64,000 nucleotides of DNA. It comes from Moniliella sp. 'wahieum'. Its lineage: Eukaryota. A program made the translations under genes and the position numbers. The first letter of the stretch is position 1, and each line of letters starts with the position of its first letter. The stretch spans positions 62,001 through 126,000 of the forward strand of contig RSEE01000134.1 in assembly GCA_003971905.1 (NCBI GenBank). Reading direction: 5' to 3'. Shown here one piece after another: positions 13,376-25,461 of this stretch. Under the pieces are notes generated by a model that had not been told where the DNA came from, ran no database searches, and worked only from the letters and a program-made list of their open reading frames with translations.

Positions 13376-13414
13376 TTCAAGCTTCAAGCTTGAAGCTTGA
13401 AGCTTGAAGCTTGA
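13376..13414. repeat. Heptamer (AAGCTTC/GAAGCTT) array containing a perfect 26-bp palindrome TTCAAGCTTCAAGCTTGAAGCTTGAA (13376-13401)
   Basis: Read directly from the sequence; the 26-mer equals its own reverse complement. Confidence 0.95.
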
Positions 13415-16400
13415 GTCTGAGTCAAGCCTGAGTTCACCGACTGAGTGCTTGCTATAGGATAACTGACCTGACATGCACTGGCTATACCGACAGAGTGGCC
13501 ATGTCACGACTAGCACTCGATGATCGATGACATGTGGAACAATGTAACGTCTGTTTCGTCTCGATCAACAAACCCAATCAGTACTCAGTGTTCTCTACCA
13601 CACTCGAGAAATCTGCCCCACTTTCTCTGGCTTTTGTTGACTACACGCGACAAAAGGTTGGGCGACATTGGCGCTGCGTTCAATGGCCCACAGCTAACGA
13701 AACGTGGAGCAATGAAGAAAGCATTATAATTTCAGAGCATTTGCGAAACGTACGGCACACTAGATATTAGGGCAAGAACGTTGCGTCTACCAAGCTCCCT
13801 CATCCACACGTGTGCTGTCGAAGCACATACGAAAATCCGTTCAAGAAGTCAATGTATCCACAACAGGTCAGGACGCTCTGGCACCCACCATTTTCTTTCA
13901 ACAAACAGGATGTAGCACGGTGAATGCGAATGAGCATATAGAGACATGTGAGCCACTAACCCCACCTTCTTTAATAGATCTGAGACTCTTCAGTAAGTTC
14001 CAGGGGTGCTCACGCATCTTTTGTTGACATTCTCGGTGGCAAAGTATTACCCGTGCGTGTCGTTATGCATTATGGCCAAGGAGAAGAACGGCCTTTGAGT
14101 GTGCGCCCTGCACTCTTGGAGTTCTCGTCATAAAGAAGCTCCACAACAGTCGATATAACGCAGCATTTTTTGAGCTCGGCGTTCTCCACAGCGAGGTGTG
14201 TGGCCATCTGGTCTGGCGCCACCTTCCACGGTACGCAATGCTGGCCTCATTTTTGTACCTGAGTCCCTTTGGGTGTGTGATCCACCTCCACTCTTGGTCC
14301 TTCAAACGCTCCTGGTCCCATCACCAGCGACTCTGTAATCCGTATGCACCTCTATAATAGTCCGTATGTGCCTCTTCGAACATGAGAGTCCAGCATAGAA
14401 TTTCAAGCTTGATGACCGGCTCTTGCCCGGCCTCTTTCAAAACGTCCGAAGCATAGATTGGGGGCGGATACAGGTCAACATGAGAGCTCCATCTTACGTG
14501 CACTGCCGGCACCAGAAAGGGTGCAGGGTATATTGAGCTGGAGAGAGCAATCTGGACCTGCATGTTGGTGAGCTCGTGGCACTTGGCTGCGGGTCGCCAG
14601 GACAGCTAGGTGTGGCCGAACGTACAGGAGAAAAGAGGCAGAGTCAAGGGGGCGTATGTCAAAAGTCAACGATCATCGTTATTCCAATATCCTGTGGGGC
14701 TTCACTTTTCCCCGGATCGGTCCGAAACTCGTAATACATAGGAAACTGTCACAATGTCGGAGGGTGAGCACCTCTCGTCCACAGAGAGTCTCTCCAACTA
14801 TATACAGAGAGAAAAGCAGGCCACAGTAAAAAGCGCTCCTGAAGAGGGTAAACGATGCCATCAAACTTGGGCAGGTAGTGCCCTCATCACCTCTCGGCTT
14901 CCGATCTTGTCCTGGAATCGCTCGCGGCAACAATTTTCACTTCCCGCACAGGCAACACCCTTCAGGACCTCCTTGCTCTTCTCGAATCCAATACCGGCCC
15001 CGTTCAATACACTTGGGCAGGGGGCTGACGCCGTCATGTCTCATCACCCAAAATGTTACATTTCCGGTGGTACCTAACGGCCTCTTGTCCGAAGTTATGG
15101 TACCGTTGAAGAACCGCCGCGGCTGGATACTGTTTTGGCCAACATACCTTCAAGCTTCAGTCCTTCTCATCAGGTGCAGGAGTTCCGTTGTGTTCTCGCA
15201 TTTGTTTTCCTTCCAGCCTAGCCCCTGGCGGCGACTGTTGGCTGCTTGATGTTCCTCTGTAGGCGATATAGTGATGCTGTGGCTGGCTTATTCATAGTGT
15301 TGGCCACCACCACCGGTGTGATTGCATCAACCTCGAAGACCGTCAGTGCATCAGGGTTTCAGATCTCTCATCATACACATACGGCAATGCCGGCCGGGGA
15401 TACACCGTCGCAAAGCGTGCCCACCAGGCACCATCAGTCCCTTCTTCACCACAACACTACGATCGAAGGTGAAGGGGGTTGATGATAAGCGGGAGGGTGG
15501 TCGATGAGCTCAGCCGTTTTGCATGAGCGCCATGATGATGATCAAATGATCGATATATCGATCCATCGACAATCCACATCCCCATGTGGTCATGCATTTA
15601 CATACCAGGGGATACAGCAAAGCGTAGCGCTCAGGCGCTGAGCGGCTGAGCTTCAGCCCTAATAAAAACAAAATTAGAAGCAAACCCACACGTGCCCCAG
15701 GGCACTGCGTCTCAGGCGGCTCCGTGGCCTCTCCTCTAGATCTAGATGCTTAAAAGAGCCACTGGCTCGTTACTAGTTACCCCACCACGAGGGCATTGGG
15801 TAACCGATCACTCTTCGTTCGTGTGTCGACACTTTTCGGCTCGTATATAGATAGCACTTCTTCAAGCTTCAACCCAATCGATTGCTTTTGCCACTGGTGT
15901 AACCCCACCTGGAAGACAATGACCCACATATGATCGAGTTACCCGCGGTTAGTATTAACCAGCTACTAGTTACCGGATAGAGAGATGCCGATGATCAAGT
16001 ATTGATTAGATCATCGATTATCGGATTCGATTAATCGGTTACCTGAAGCCGGCGTACACGCATCTCCCCTTCCATCCAGTTCAAGCTTCAGCTGAAGTGC
16101 AAGCTTCAAAAAGCTTCAAGCTCTACAGAGGAGTACTCAGTGCGTACTCAGTTATTCATGGCACTCAGGTACCCAGTAGTGGCGACTGCGAGCTAGTGCT
16201 AAACATGTGATATGTGCCACTCTGCTGGCAATATGTATTCGTCTCCCAACAAAGAGCGATGGCCGATTGAGGCCGTGAAGCTTGAAGCTAGAAGCGTGTT
16301 GTGTGCGCTGTGAGCCGAAGCCTCAGGGTCACCGGTGGCACACACTGCTCGCCTGCGTTACAGCGACCGGTGACCATGGGAACGCAACCCGAAGGTGCCA

Positions 16401-18533
16401 GTTCTAGTTACTAGTTGGGAAATACTGTGGTTGTCCGGTGCTAGTTCCTAGGTAGTCAGTTTGGAGCCTCTGGTGTTCCACATGCCAGCCCGGCACAGCC
16501 GTGGCACAGCACCACCATATCTCAAGGCAGAACAGTCGGGGCCGATGGGGCTGGGCATGGACACGGCAACACACCGCCGGAGTGCTGGCCCAACTGTGAG
16601 AGGATGTGGTGCTTTTTTGTTCGGCGCCAGCATGCCTTCACGGGGCCCTCGATGGGCTCCCGCAACGTTCACGGTTCACGCGTTCACGTTCAACATTCAC
16701 AGAGATTGCTCATCCATCACGGGCGTTGTGTGCGAAAGTGGGCGATGCGACACGGCTGGTACATACTTTTCCCCCGACAGAGGGAGGACAGCGCCAACAC
16801 CCCCACATGCCCCGAGCCAGTGTTGACCACGCTGAGCAATCTTCTATCATCATCATGCCATGACTCTGCGCTGCCAGCCTGTTATAAGCCCAGCACACCC
16901 TCAGGCCTGCGCCTGACCAGCCTTCCTCTTGGCCGCCACCCCTCCTTCTCATTTTTATCTTTCTTTTCGCCCTTTGTTTTGATTCTCCGGCATCCGCCCA
17001 TCGCCTTTTCTCCCCATGTCCAACACCACACCTCCAGCGATGAGGTTACCCCCCTCCAGGACGCGCTGCAGCGACTCGACCAGTCCCTACTCAACCTCCG
17101 TCGGGATGCTTCGCTGTACGCCCACACCAGCCGGATATACCATCATTCCCAGCCACACTTGGTATCACAGGCATGGCTTCCGCTTGAAGAGGTTTCCCAC
17201 CGTCCCAACCGACGAGAGCCATGACCAGGAGGTTCTTCGTCTCTGTCGCAAACGGATATCGCAGCAACCGGGCACCCCATCTCTACCGTCCCGTCGCTGG
17301 GGGCAGTCATTTGCTGCTGGCCATGCCATCCGTTCGGCGAGTCAGGCCTCAACACTTGCCCCTTCCCACCGCGCCTCCGTTGACTTACCGCCGCCCGATG
17401 AGAGGCGGAGGAAGGCCAAGAAGACGAGGCCGATGGTGACACTGCCGGCCCCAACAGCTTGTCCCCCTCGTTCCAGAGGCGGTTGGAAGACCACTGTTCA
17501 ATTTCGGGGGCTGCACTGCGTTCGGACGTCGCTTCCTTTGCCTCTTCGTCCGACATCTCCGATGTCCGCTCACACCCCGAGATGGGTCTATTATGACGTA
17601 CCCCAGTCGCCCACCTCCTCTAAACCGTTGTTTGCCCCCTGTCACAACTCCCCTACCTCCGCCCACCAGCCAATGTCGCTGTCGTCATCTTGTCGTCGTC
17701 GTTGCCCAGACGCGCACTCAAACTCGCCCTTCCCACCCGGCACTCGAACGCATCAGCCAGCTGTGGGAATGGTTCCAGCCTGGCTGCCGTGGCGAGCAGC
17801 GATGCAACGGGCGTGAGGCATTGCAACTCTGATTGATCTGCCTAACCTCGTGCTGCCAAACCCTCCATCCGTCGTGTATCCTACATCATGGTTCTGCCCC
17901 AACATTAGAAGGCCAGCTTGCGTCCTCTATAATCTACCCCTCTCTCGTGCGACTGCCTATACCGACGACCTCATCTTTTTGCACAACCCTCTTGCACCGC
18001 ACCTGCCTATCCTGAATTCTGGGATGTTTTGTTTTTGCTTTTTCCTGTGGAGCTGCTAATATTGCGCTGTATCTGTATGTATACTGTCTTGGCCATCCTG
18101 CCCCCAGAGGGGTGGCAGGCGAGGAGCGCAGGGGGAGATGGGCGTGTGGTCGGACGGGGGACAGCGGACACAGCACGGATGGATAAGCCGCAGCTTCTAG
18201 CACGCAGGACTTGATTGTCGCCCTCATCATGAACACCCGTGTCCAGGAGGACATTGGCTGCCAGCTCTAGCTCTAGCTCCCCTGCCCTGCCCCTGCCTTT
18301 CCACGCCCCCTCTCCGTCTGGAAGCAATCAAAGCACGCGCGTAGGCAGTGCTCTGCGCCTGTTTCTTTCCCCCCCAGGGCGAATTGCTACTGCACGACCC
18401 AATGCATGATGCGTGACATGTGACAGGCTTTTTCCCAACCGCCTCTTTCGATATTTCCAAATCATAGCTGCCACTTGTTGCTCGACTGGCTGGATGGTCC
18501 AGTTTCTTGGTTTGACCAACTTCCTACTAGGCA

Positions 18534-18558
18534 AAGCTTGAAGCTTGAAGCTTGAAGC
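18534..18558. repeat. (AAGCTTG)n heptamer tandem repeat
   Basis: AAGCTTGAAGCTTGAAGCTTGAAGC downstream of MAD1; same unit as at 13376-13414. Confidence 0.9.
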
Positions 18559-18720
18559 GTCCATGGTGCTGTGTACAACAAGCAAGTTCCACGTGATGGC
18601 AACGGGCGTATAGAAAGTGCCCCCCGTGTGGTCCGGGTCAGGCTGGGCAGAAATCGAAGGAGGGAAACGGCAAAAGGAGGCAAAAGGGTCAAGGGATAAG
18701 GGACATTTGTTCTGTGGCGC

Positions 18721-21700
18721 TTAGTCTTGGATCTGCGCCGGGGTCGAGCCACCCCTTCCTCCTCCTCCCTCCTCGGGCAGGTAACCGTACGCGCGAGCGA
18801 CGCGGGTACACGACTCGAACAAGTGCTGGGTCAGTTCGGAGAGGAAACACGGGATCGCATCGTTTGCCGACACGCCCGGCCCGAGGGGTTGGGCAAGCCA
18901 CTTGTTTGAGATGCTCCACGTCCACGTCCAGCTGCGCATCTGGAATCAGACGCATCGTTCCCTGGTCCCCGGCATGCGAGGCAAAAGTCAACGTGGTTGC
19001 ACCCTTGCTCCCCTTGCGCCGAGCAGCGGCCGAGGAGAAGGAAGACACCAGCTTGACTGCCCTGAATCGAGAAACGAAGTTTCCAGCCAAACAGACAGTA
19101 ACCGCCTCGCGGAACTCGCCGGCCTTGGCGGTGAAAACCTGCCGCAGACGCAACATGGCCTTGTCCCGCCCGGCCAGAGCCGCCTGCAGCGCCTCCACCT
19201 CCGCTCGAAGGTTGTCGGCCACAGCACGGGGACGAGGTCGGCGGTGGCCTGACGACAGGGCGCCTTGGACTCATCAGGCTTGCTCGGCTGCGTGGAGAGC
19301 TGCTCTTGCGCACGCTCCAACTGCTGCAGCAGCGCCTCATTCTCCGTCTTGAGGGCATCCAACCGACTGGCGCGCAGGTCCCGTTTGCTTTTCATACGGC
19401 CCTCCCGCCCGAAGTGTGAGCACCTGTACTTTTCCGGATCAAACTCCCCGTCCCAGACGGTCGTACAGACGTGCGTTCTCTTGGCCCAGCGTCTCCAGCT
19501 CCTTGTGCGCCGACGCAAGGGAAGCTGTATGGTCCGAAACCAATTTGGCCGATGCTTGGCCGCTTCGGCTTGCTGTTCTCGCTTGCTCCGCACCTGTTCC
19601 AGCTCCACCTTGGCTTGACCCAGCGCCGACTCGAGGCTGACCAGGCGCGCCTGCACCTCCTCCTTCTCGCGCACCGCTCATCCGATTGCGCTTGGGCGGA
19701 TCTCGCCTCCTGGTGAAGCGTTGCGACTTGCGCCTCGGCGGCCGACAGACGGGCACTCTTGTCCGCTACTTGGTGCTCCAAACTCCTCCACCCGGCTCTG
19801 CAGCACATCGATGCGCTGCAAGTTGGCCGCTGGTAGTCGGGCTGAGCCGGAGCAGGAGCCAGCAGCAGCAGCAGGGGCAGATGCAGAGGCAGTAGGAGAG
19901 GAAGCCTGCTCGGCCGAGAACGGCGCTGGCGCGCCTCCTCCAACGCACGTTGCTCGTCTTGGTACGAGCTCAACAGCCGACGAACCCGCTGCACCTCTTC
20001 CTGGCCCACCGTTACTTGCGCCTCGGCCGCCGCACGCGCCTCGGCCGCACGCAACTGGGCTGCACTTTGGCTCGCACGTTGTTCTGCTTCCTCGCGGTCC
20101 GACGCTCGGTCTTGACTGCCTCGGATGCGTGCTGGACGGAAACGGACCAGGCTTTGGATCTTACCAAGCGCCGTCTGGGCCGCGAGGGAGAGTGTGAGAA
20201 CGTAGAGGGTCACGTCGCTTGCTGTGGCAGAGGAAAGGGGTACGGAAGGAAGGGAGAGTGCGGTGGCCGAGTCAGGATCGGAGGCCGTGACAGCAGCGAT
20301 GGCCTGGGCATAGGAGGCGTCTACGCCTGCCTCCTGGTCGGGGGGCAAGGCGGAGCGGCAAACGCGTCCATGTTTCCAAAGTCATCTTGATCGAGTCGCG
20401 CTCACTCGCTGCTGCCATCGACACCTCGCTCGCCATCTCGGCCGCCGCAACGCTTTTTCCAACGACCGTTCGTCCTTGAGCAGTTCCACTCCCGGCTCGC
20501 GGCCAGGTGGCGCTCATTCTCCACCCTTGAGGACCTCGATCGTCTGTTCTAGCTGGGCAATGTGCTTGACTTGTTCTGGGGGCCAGACAAACGATCCAGC
20601 TGTTAGTACGCCATGGAAGGGAGAGAAAAAAAAAGGGGGAGAACCAGAGTAGACAACAACGCACGTGAGAGCTCCTTGCGGTACAGTGGCGGCTTCGGAA
20701 CGTGCCTCTTGGGTCGCCAGCACACGCGCCTTGTCCTCCTCGCTGTCTCCAGCCAGCTGATCCAACCGTGTTTCGAGCGACGTGATGGTTTCCTGAGCCT
20801 TTTCCAACTCGGTCCGCGCGCTCGCGGCGTCTTGCTGCGCCTGGTCACGCTCGTACCACGCCTGCGTCTTGGCCGTTTGCGCGTCCGAAGCCAAGGTGCG
20901 CTGTGTGAGCAGGTCCGATTCAGCCAACGCCAACGCTTCTTCCAAGCCTGTCTGGGTCTCAACCGAGGCCAGGCGGGCTTCCGACGCTGCGAGCGCAGCG
21001 TTTGCACTTGGGCCGTGTGCTGCTCGCGCTCGGTTTGAAGAAGCGTCTGCGTCGCTTCCCACTCAGATAGCATGTCCAGCCGCTCGCGCTCGTACCGCTC
21101 CAACTTGGATGCTTGCGCCGCGACCTCAGCCTGGACCTGGGCCAGACGCTGCTCCGACTGAGCCGCACGCAGTTCGCCGCAGCCAGCGCAGCTGCATGCT
21201 CGCTGCTCCTCCCGCCGCGCCCAGCCGCGGCGCACTACCACTGCTCCCGGCCGGCGAGGCGGGCGAGTTAGAGTCCAACGTGAGCGAGGCGCGGCCCAAC
21301 GCCGAGCTGGGCCGGCGCGCACTCATGCTCATCCGTGCAATCCGTTTCGCACTGGCTGTCGCAACGGACTCGGCCGGAGCAGCACGCAGGGAAAGCGGCG
21401 TGGCAAATACGTTTTCGGCGCCTGCCTCTTGGCCCGCCCACGACCCGAGCCGCGGCCGCTTGGCGTGCGCGTCGAGCGGCGTGCTGGGCATGGGCGCCAT
21501 GGGTGCGCCGGCGCTGGCGCGCGACAGGGCAGACGCCGGGCGCTTCAGCCCGTACGCGCTTCCTGGCCGGCGGGGGGGGGGGCATGGGGTGGGGTGTGCG
21601 CGCACGCCGAGCGCGGCGGTGGGCGCGGAGCCCGAGGCGGAGGCGGGGCGCGGGATGGCCGACGGGTGGGGGCGCGTGGTGGTGGGGTGGTGGTGGTGGG

Positions 21701-21786
21701 GGTGGGGGTGGGGATGCCGGAGCGCGTGGTGGGGCGCGGGAGGGCGGAGCGCGCAGGCAGGGGGATGTGGCTCCCGCCGGGCGCAT
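18721..21786 (-). CDS. MAD1: Spindle assembly checkpoint protein Mad1 (long coiled coil with C-terminal RWD-like domain)
   Basis: Extended coiled-coil segments. C-terminal hallmarks ENARLYDRLGRGEFDPEKYR, RLDALKTENEALL, RDKAMLRLRQVFTAKAGEFREA(V)YCLFGWKL and DAIPCFLSELTQHLFESCTR. Intron at ~20576-20664. Start codon uncertain. Confidence 0.88.
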
Positions 21787-21812
21787 CCAGGCGGGCCATG
21801 CGGGCGATGGCT

Positions 21813-21862
21813 GATGGGATGGGATGGGATGGAATGGGATGGGATGGATGGGATGGAGATGG
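21813..21862. repeat. (GGGAT)n-type pentanucleotide microsatellite in the MAD1/SEC65 divergent promoter
   Basis: GATGGGATGGGATGGGATGGAATGGGATGGGATGGATGGGATGG read directly. Confidence 0.9.
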
Positions 21863-22017
21863 GAAGAGGCACTCCTATTAGCTACAGCAACCCACCCGCA
21901 TTGACTGCATCACGTGACGCTGCCGCTAGGGTTGGGCGTCGCTTCCTCGGCCTGCTCTTCCAGCTGTGCGCGCCCGCTGCCCCCACCACCACCACCACCA
22001 CCACCACCACCACCGCC

Positions 22018-23194
22018 ATGCCGCCCAAGGCCACCGTCATCGACGAGTTCGACGACGACACCGAGGTACGCTCCACCCCTGCGCGCGTTCCCAGCTGGCC
22101 CGCTGACACTCCATTCCGCGCAGTTCGACTCCCGCTCGTCCCGCCGCCCAGCGGCGCCGCGCCGGCCACGGCCGCCGGCAACCCGATGGGCATGAACCCC
22201 GAGCAGATGCACGCGATGGAAGAGATGATGCGCAAGATGGGCATGGGCGGTGCTGCCGGAGGAGGAGGCGGCGACATGCCGGACCCTGCGCTGCTCGCCG
22301 GGCCGCTTGCGCCGGAGCCGGAGCGCGTGGCTCGCCGTCGACGGGCGCCGTGCTGACCGCCGAGCAAAAGACGTGGACGACCTTGTACCCGATTTACTTG
22401 GATGCCAAGCGTCCGTACGGCAAGGGCTGTCGCCGCATTGCGTACCACAAGGCGTGTCTCTTCCCCCAGAGCAAGTTTCTTCATGCGGCGCTGCGCACGC
22501 TCCAGCTGCAGTGCGTCCATGAACCCGACAAGACCCACCCTAAGGACTGGTCCAACCCGGGCCGCGTGCGCGTCCACCTCTTCAACCCCGACTTTCAGTC
22601 GCTCCACCCCGTCATCAAGACCAAGAACAGTTGATCGAACGTATCGCCGAGTTGATCCAGGACGTCTCGGGCGGCCCCCCCCGCCGCTGCCCAACTTGCG
22701 CCAGGTGCGGGACGAGATTGTGGAGCGTCGATCGGCCAAGGCGCAGGCTCAGGCTCAGGCTCAGGCCCAGGCCCAGACCGCTCCCAAAGGCACGACCCAA
22801 ACCAGTGGGAGCAAGACGGCTACAACCCCCGGCTCAGCTACGACTTCTGTCTCTGTCTCGGCGCCGGCGCTGGACCCGATCCGCACCCGCCTCGCCTTGG
22901 TCCGGTTCCCCGAAGCGCTCGGCATGGGCGGCCCGCGGTCCCGCTTGCCGCCCAACAGCCGGGCCGCCGAGTTTGGCGTGATGAACTCGAGTATGCTCGA
23001 TGCGCGCCGCGGCGGCGCAGATGATGGGTCCCAACAACCCCATGGCCGGCATGCTCAGCATGATCGGCGGCGACGACGATGACGACGACGACGACGAGGC
23101 CAATCCCGCCCCGGCCCAGCCCGACCCGTTGAAACATTGGAGCCAAAACTTGTCCCGCCGCCAGCGCAAGCGCACCATCCGTATTGGTCGTTGA
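22018..23194 (+). CDS. SEC65: Signal recognition particle subunit SRP19/Sec65
   Basis: Start MPPKATVIDEFDDDTE, then an intron at 22066-22123. SRP19 core KTWTTLYPIYLDAKRPYGKGCRRIAYHKA...HEPDKTHPKDWSNPGRVRVHL. Basic C-terminus RRQRKRTIRIGR*. Confidence 0.93.
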
Positions 23195-23472
23195 ACGTTG
23201 ACCCGTCTCGCTCTGTCTTTCCCCGCCAAAAAAAACCTACCTTCTGCTAGATCGGTGCGGTTGGCCTCGGGGCTTGCCTCTGACGTGGCACCAGGCACCA
23301 GGCACGTGGGTGCGTGCGGCCACGCCAAGGGGTGCTACGCTGTGCAGACAGTGTACCCTGCAATCGACTCGTTGGTGCTGCTGGCCACAGAGGGAAAAGA
23401 TGCTCATTCATAGCAAGAGCGCACTGCCAGAGTGCAACGTGCCCGGCCCGACGGCCTCACGGGCGGGGCGGG

Positions 23473-23474
<2 letters not shown>

Positions 23475-23504
<30 letters not shown>
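23475..23504. repeat. (GA)n dinucleotide microsatellite
   Basis: GAGAGA... run read directly. Confidence 0.95.
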
Positions 23505-23509
<5 letters not shown>

Positions 23510-23511
23510 TT

Positions 23512-24694
23512 TTATAGTGCGTTGTGCTGGGCCAGGTAGCCCCATTCATCCTTATTGTCCGTGGTGAGACTGGCATTGTCGAGGGTGACGGGAAGACGAG
23601 GCCAAGGAAGCCGAGCTGGTGGCCAAGGGGATTTGGTCTTGTACGGCAAGACGCCAGGTCCGTGCGACGAGGCCAGGGTCTTACCGCTGGCCATGGTGTG
23701 TGCTACGGGACAGGGAAGAAGAGGGAGCGAGGTGAGCGGGTGGAGGCATGCCTACCGATACGTGGGCCATAGGTGGTGCAGGCTCGGTTTCGGCAGGAGC
23801 GTCGACATGGACGGAAGAGCGGAGGCCAAGAGGGACAAGACTGACGCCCACAGGCCGGCCTTTTGCGCGCGAGGAGCACGACAAGTGCCACGTTGTTGCT
23901 GCGTTGGCAACGGCTGGCACTCTTGCTCCAACTTGCCCATGCCTTCGTCGCGCCGGCGCCGGAGCACGTCCTTGAACGAGGCGCGCGTGGCAAGCGCGTG
24001 CCGCGAAACGGCCAAGTTGAACGAGCGCAGGTAGCGGATGTTGAAGCAGACAAACAGCAGGGACTGAGGGAAGGGAATGAAACGGCAACAAGGAACAGAG
24101 TATATAGGTCCCTGTGTCAGTACGCTGGCGCGGGTAAGAAACTATGGAATGGCCTCTGGTTCACGTACCAGGAGAATATACACACCGCCTACCACGAGCA
24201 GCAGCCAGCCCGACACGCGGCTGGGCTTGGCGACGGAGCGCGAGTTGAGGTCCAGGCCAAGGTACATCATGGCGGCGCCTTGGGGTGCGATGGAGTGGTG
24301 GCGGATGGGCAAGAGGAGTGAGACGAGGGCTTCAATGGCGCGGTGCAGGCGGGTGAGGTTCGGAAGCTCGATGAGCAGCAGCACGGTGATGGCCAGGAGG
24401 TAGAAGGCCCGTGGAGGCAGGCAAAGGCGAAGCCTGTCTTGTGGGCTGGGATGGAGGTGCCGGGGAGCAGGCCTGGGATGGAGGGGTCGAGTGGGAGTGG
24501 GTTGCCGTCGGGGCCAAGGGCGAGCTGCGGTAGGGGCTGGCACTGGGCGCCCGGTGCGTGGCACTGGCGGAGGAGGCGCACGTCGTGGCGCATGGCGTGG
24601 ATGCCTCGACGAGCGCGTAGACGAGCGTGCCGATGGCCACGACGCGCGCGAGCACGAGGAGCAGCCAGCGCTTGAGGTTCTTGAGGAAGGGCAT
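23512..24694 (-). CDS. Hypothetical multi-pass membrane protein
   Basis: ATG at 24694 gives MPFLKNLKRWLLLVLARVVAIGTLVYALVEAS. Further hydrophobic segments are RAFYLLAITVLLLIELP and RVSGWLLLVVGGVYILL. Intron GTACGT at ~24167 to CAG at ~24056. TATATA at ~24743-24751. The 3' end is uncertain. Confidence 0.65.
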
Positions 24695-25261
24695 AGAGAA
24701 GGAGTGCGACGGATGGGAGGAGGGGGGGTGTGGGGGGGGGCCTATATATATTCTGCCAACACTACTATAACCAGCAAGGCTACGGAGTGGCCGGGCGGGA
24801 GTTCCGCGCGTGGATGGCGGGTGCAATTTGAAACAAAGAGGCGGGCCCTCCGAACTCTGCTTGCCATATGCGAGTACCCAAAGAAATCCGCCAACAACCC
24901 TACTGCTCCTCGATCCCAACCCTACTGCTGGCTGGGTGGGGCTGGCTACGCCAATAATGAGTCGCGTCGACGCGTCCCTCCACCCCTTAAAATGCCCCCT
25001 GTCCGTGCTCACTGGCGGTGCCCTCCTTGCACTCGCACCCGGTGTCCCTTCAACCCACGCCCACCGTTGTCCCGCCACCTCCGTCGCCTCAAGACTGCCG
25101 ACTCCCCACAATGCTTATTTTCGCAAGACGGATGACTACCCGACGCGTCTCTGACTGGCTCAAAAGGGGGGCGGTGGTGCAAAGAGTAACCGTGGCACAA
25201 GGCGGAGTGGTGGAGCAAGGAGGAGATGTGAAGAGCATTGGGGTATTTGAGACAAAGATAC

Positions 25262-25347
25262 GGGGGGGGGACAAGAAGAGGGGGGGGACAAGAAGAGGGG
25301 GGACAAGAAGAGGGGGGGGACAAGAAGAGGGGGGGGGGGCAAAGAGG
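25262..25347. repeat. Polypurine minisatellite, unit ~G6-9ACAAGAAGA, about 4-5 copies
   Basis: GGGGGGGGGACAAGAAGAGGGGGGGGACAAGAAGAGGGGGGACAAGAAGAGGGGGGGGACAAGAAGAG... read directly. Confidence 0.9.
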
Positions 25348-25461
25348 ATCAGTGTGGAACATTGAATGGAGGGATGGAGCAAGAATGTTCGGTGGTCCCG
25401 AAGTGGTGGGCTCGATCCATGTAACGGGATGTCATAGGTGGGCTCTGCCCGGGGGCTCACC

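Noticed and set aside
13329..13440. CRISPR-like array suggested by palindromic repeats
   Set aside because: The units are 7-9 bp and directly adjacent, with no unique spacers and no cas genes, in a eukaryotic context.
20869..22356. 495-aa plus-strand ORF overlapping MAD1
   Set aside because: It is an antisense shadow of MAD1 running into the true SEC65 first exon and through its intron.
25262..25347. CRISPR-like regularly spaced repeat
   Set aside because: The 'spacers' are only G homopolymers; this is a simple minisatellite.
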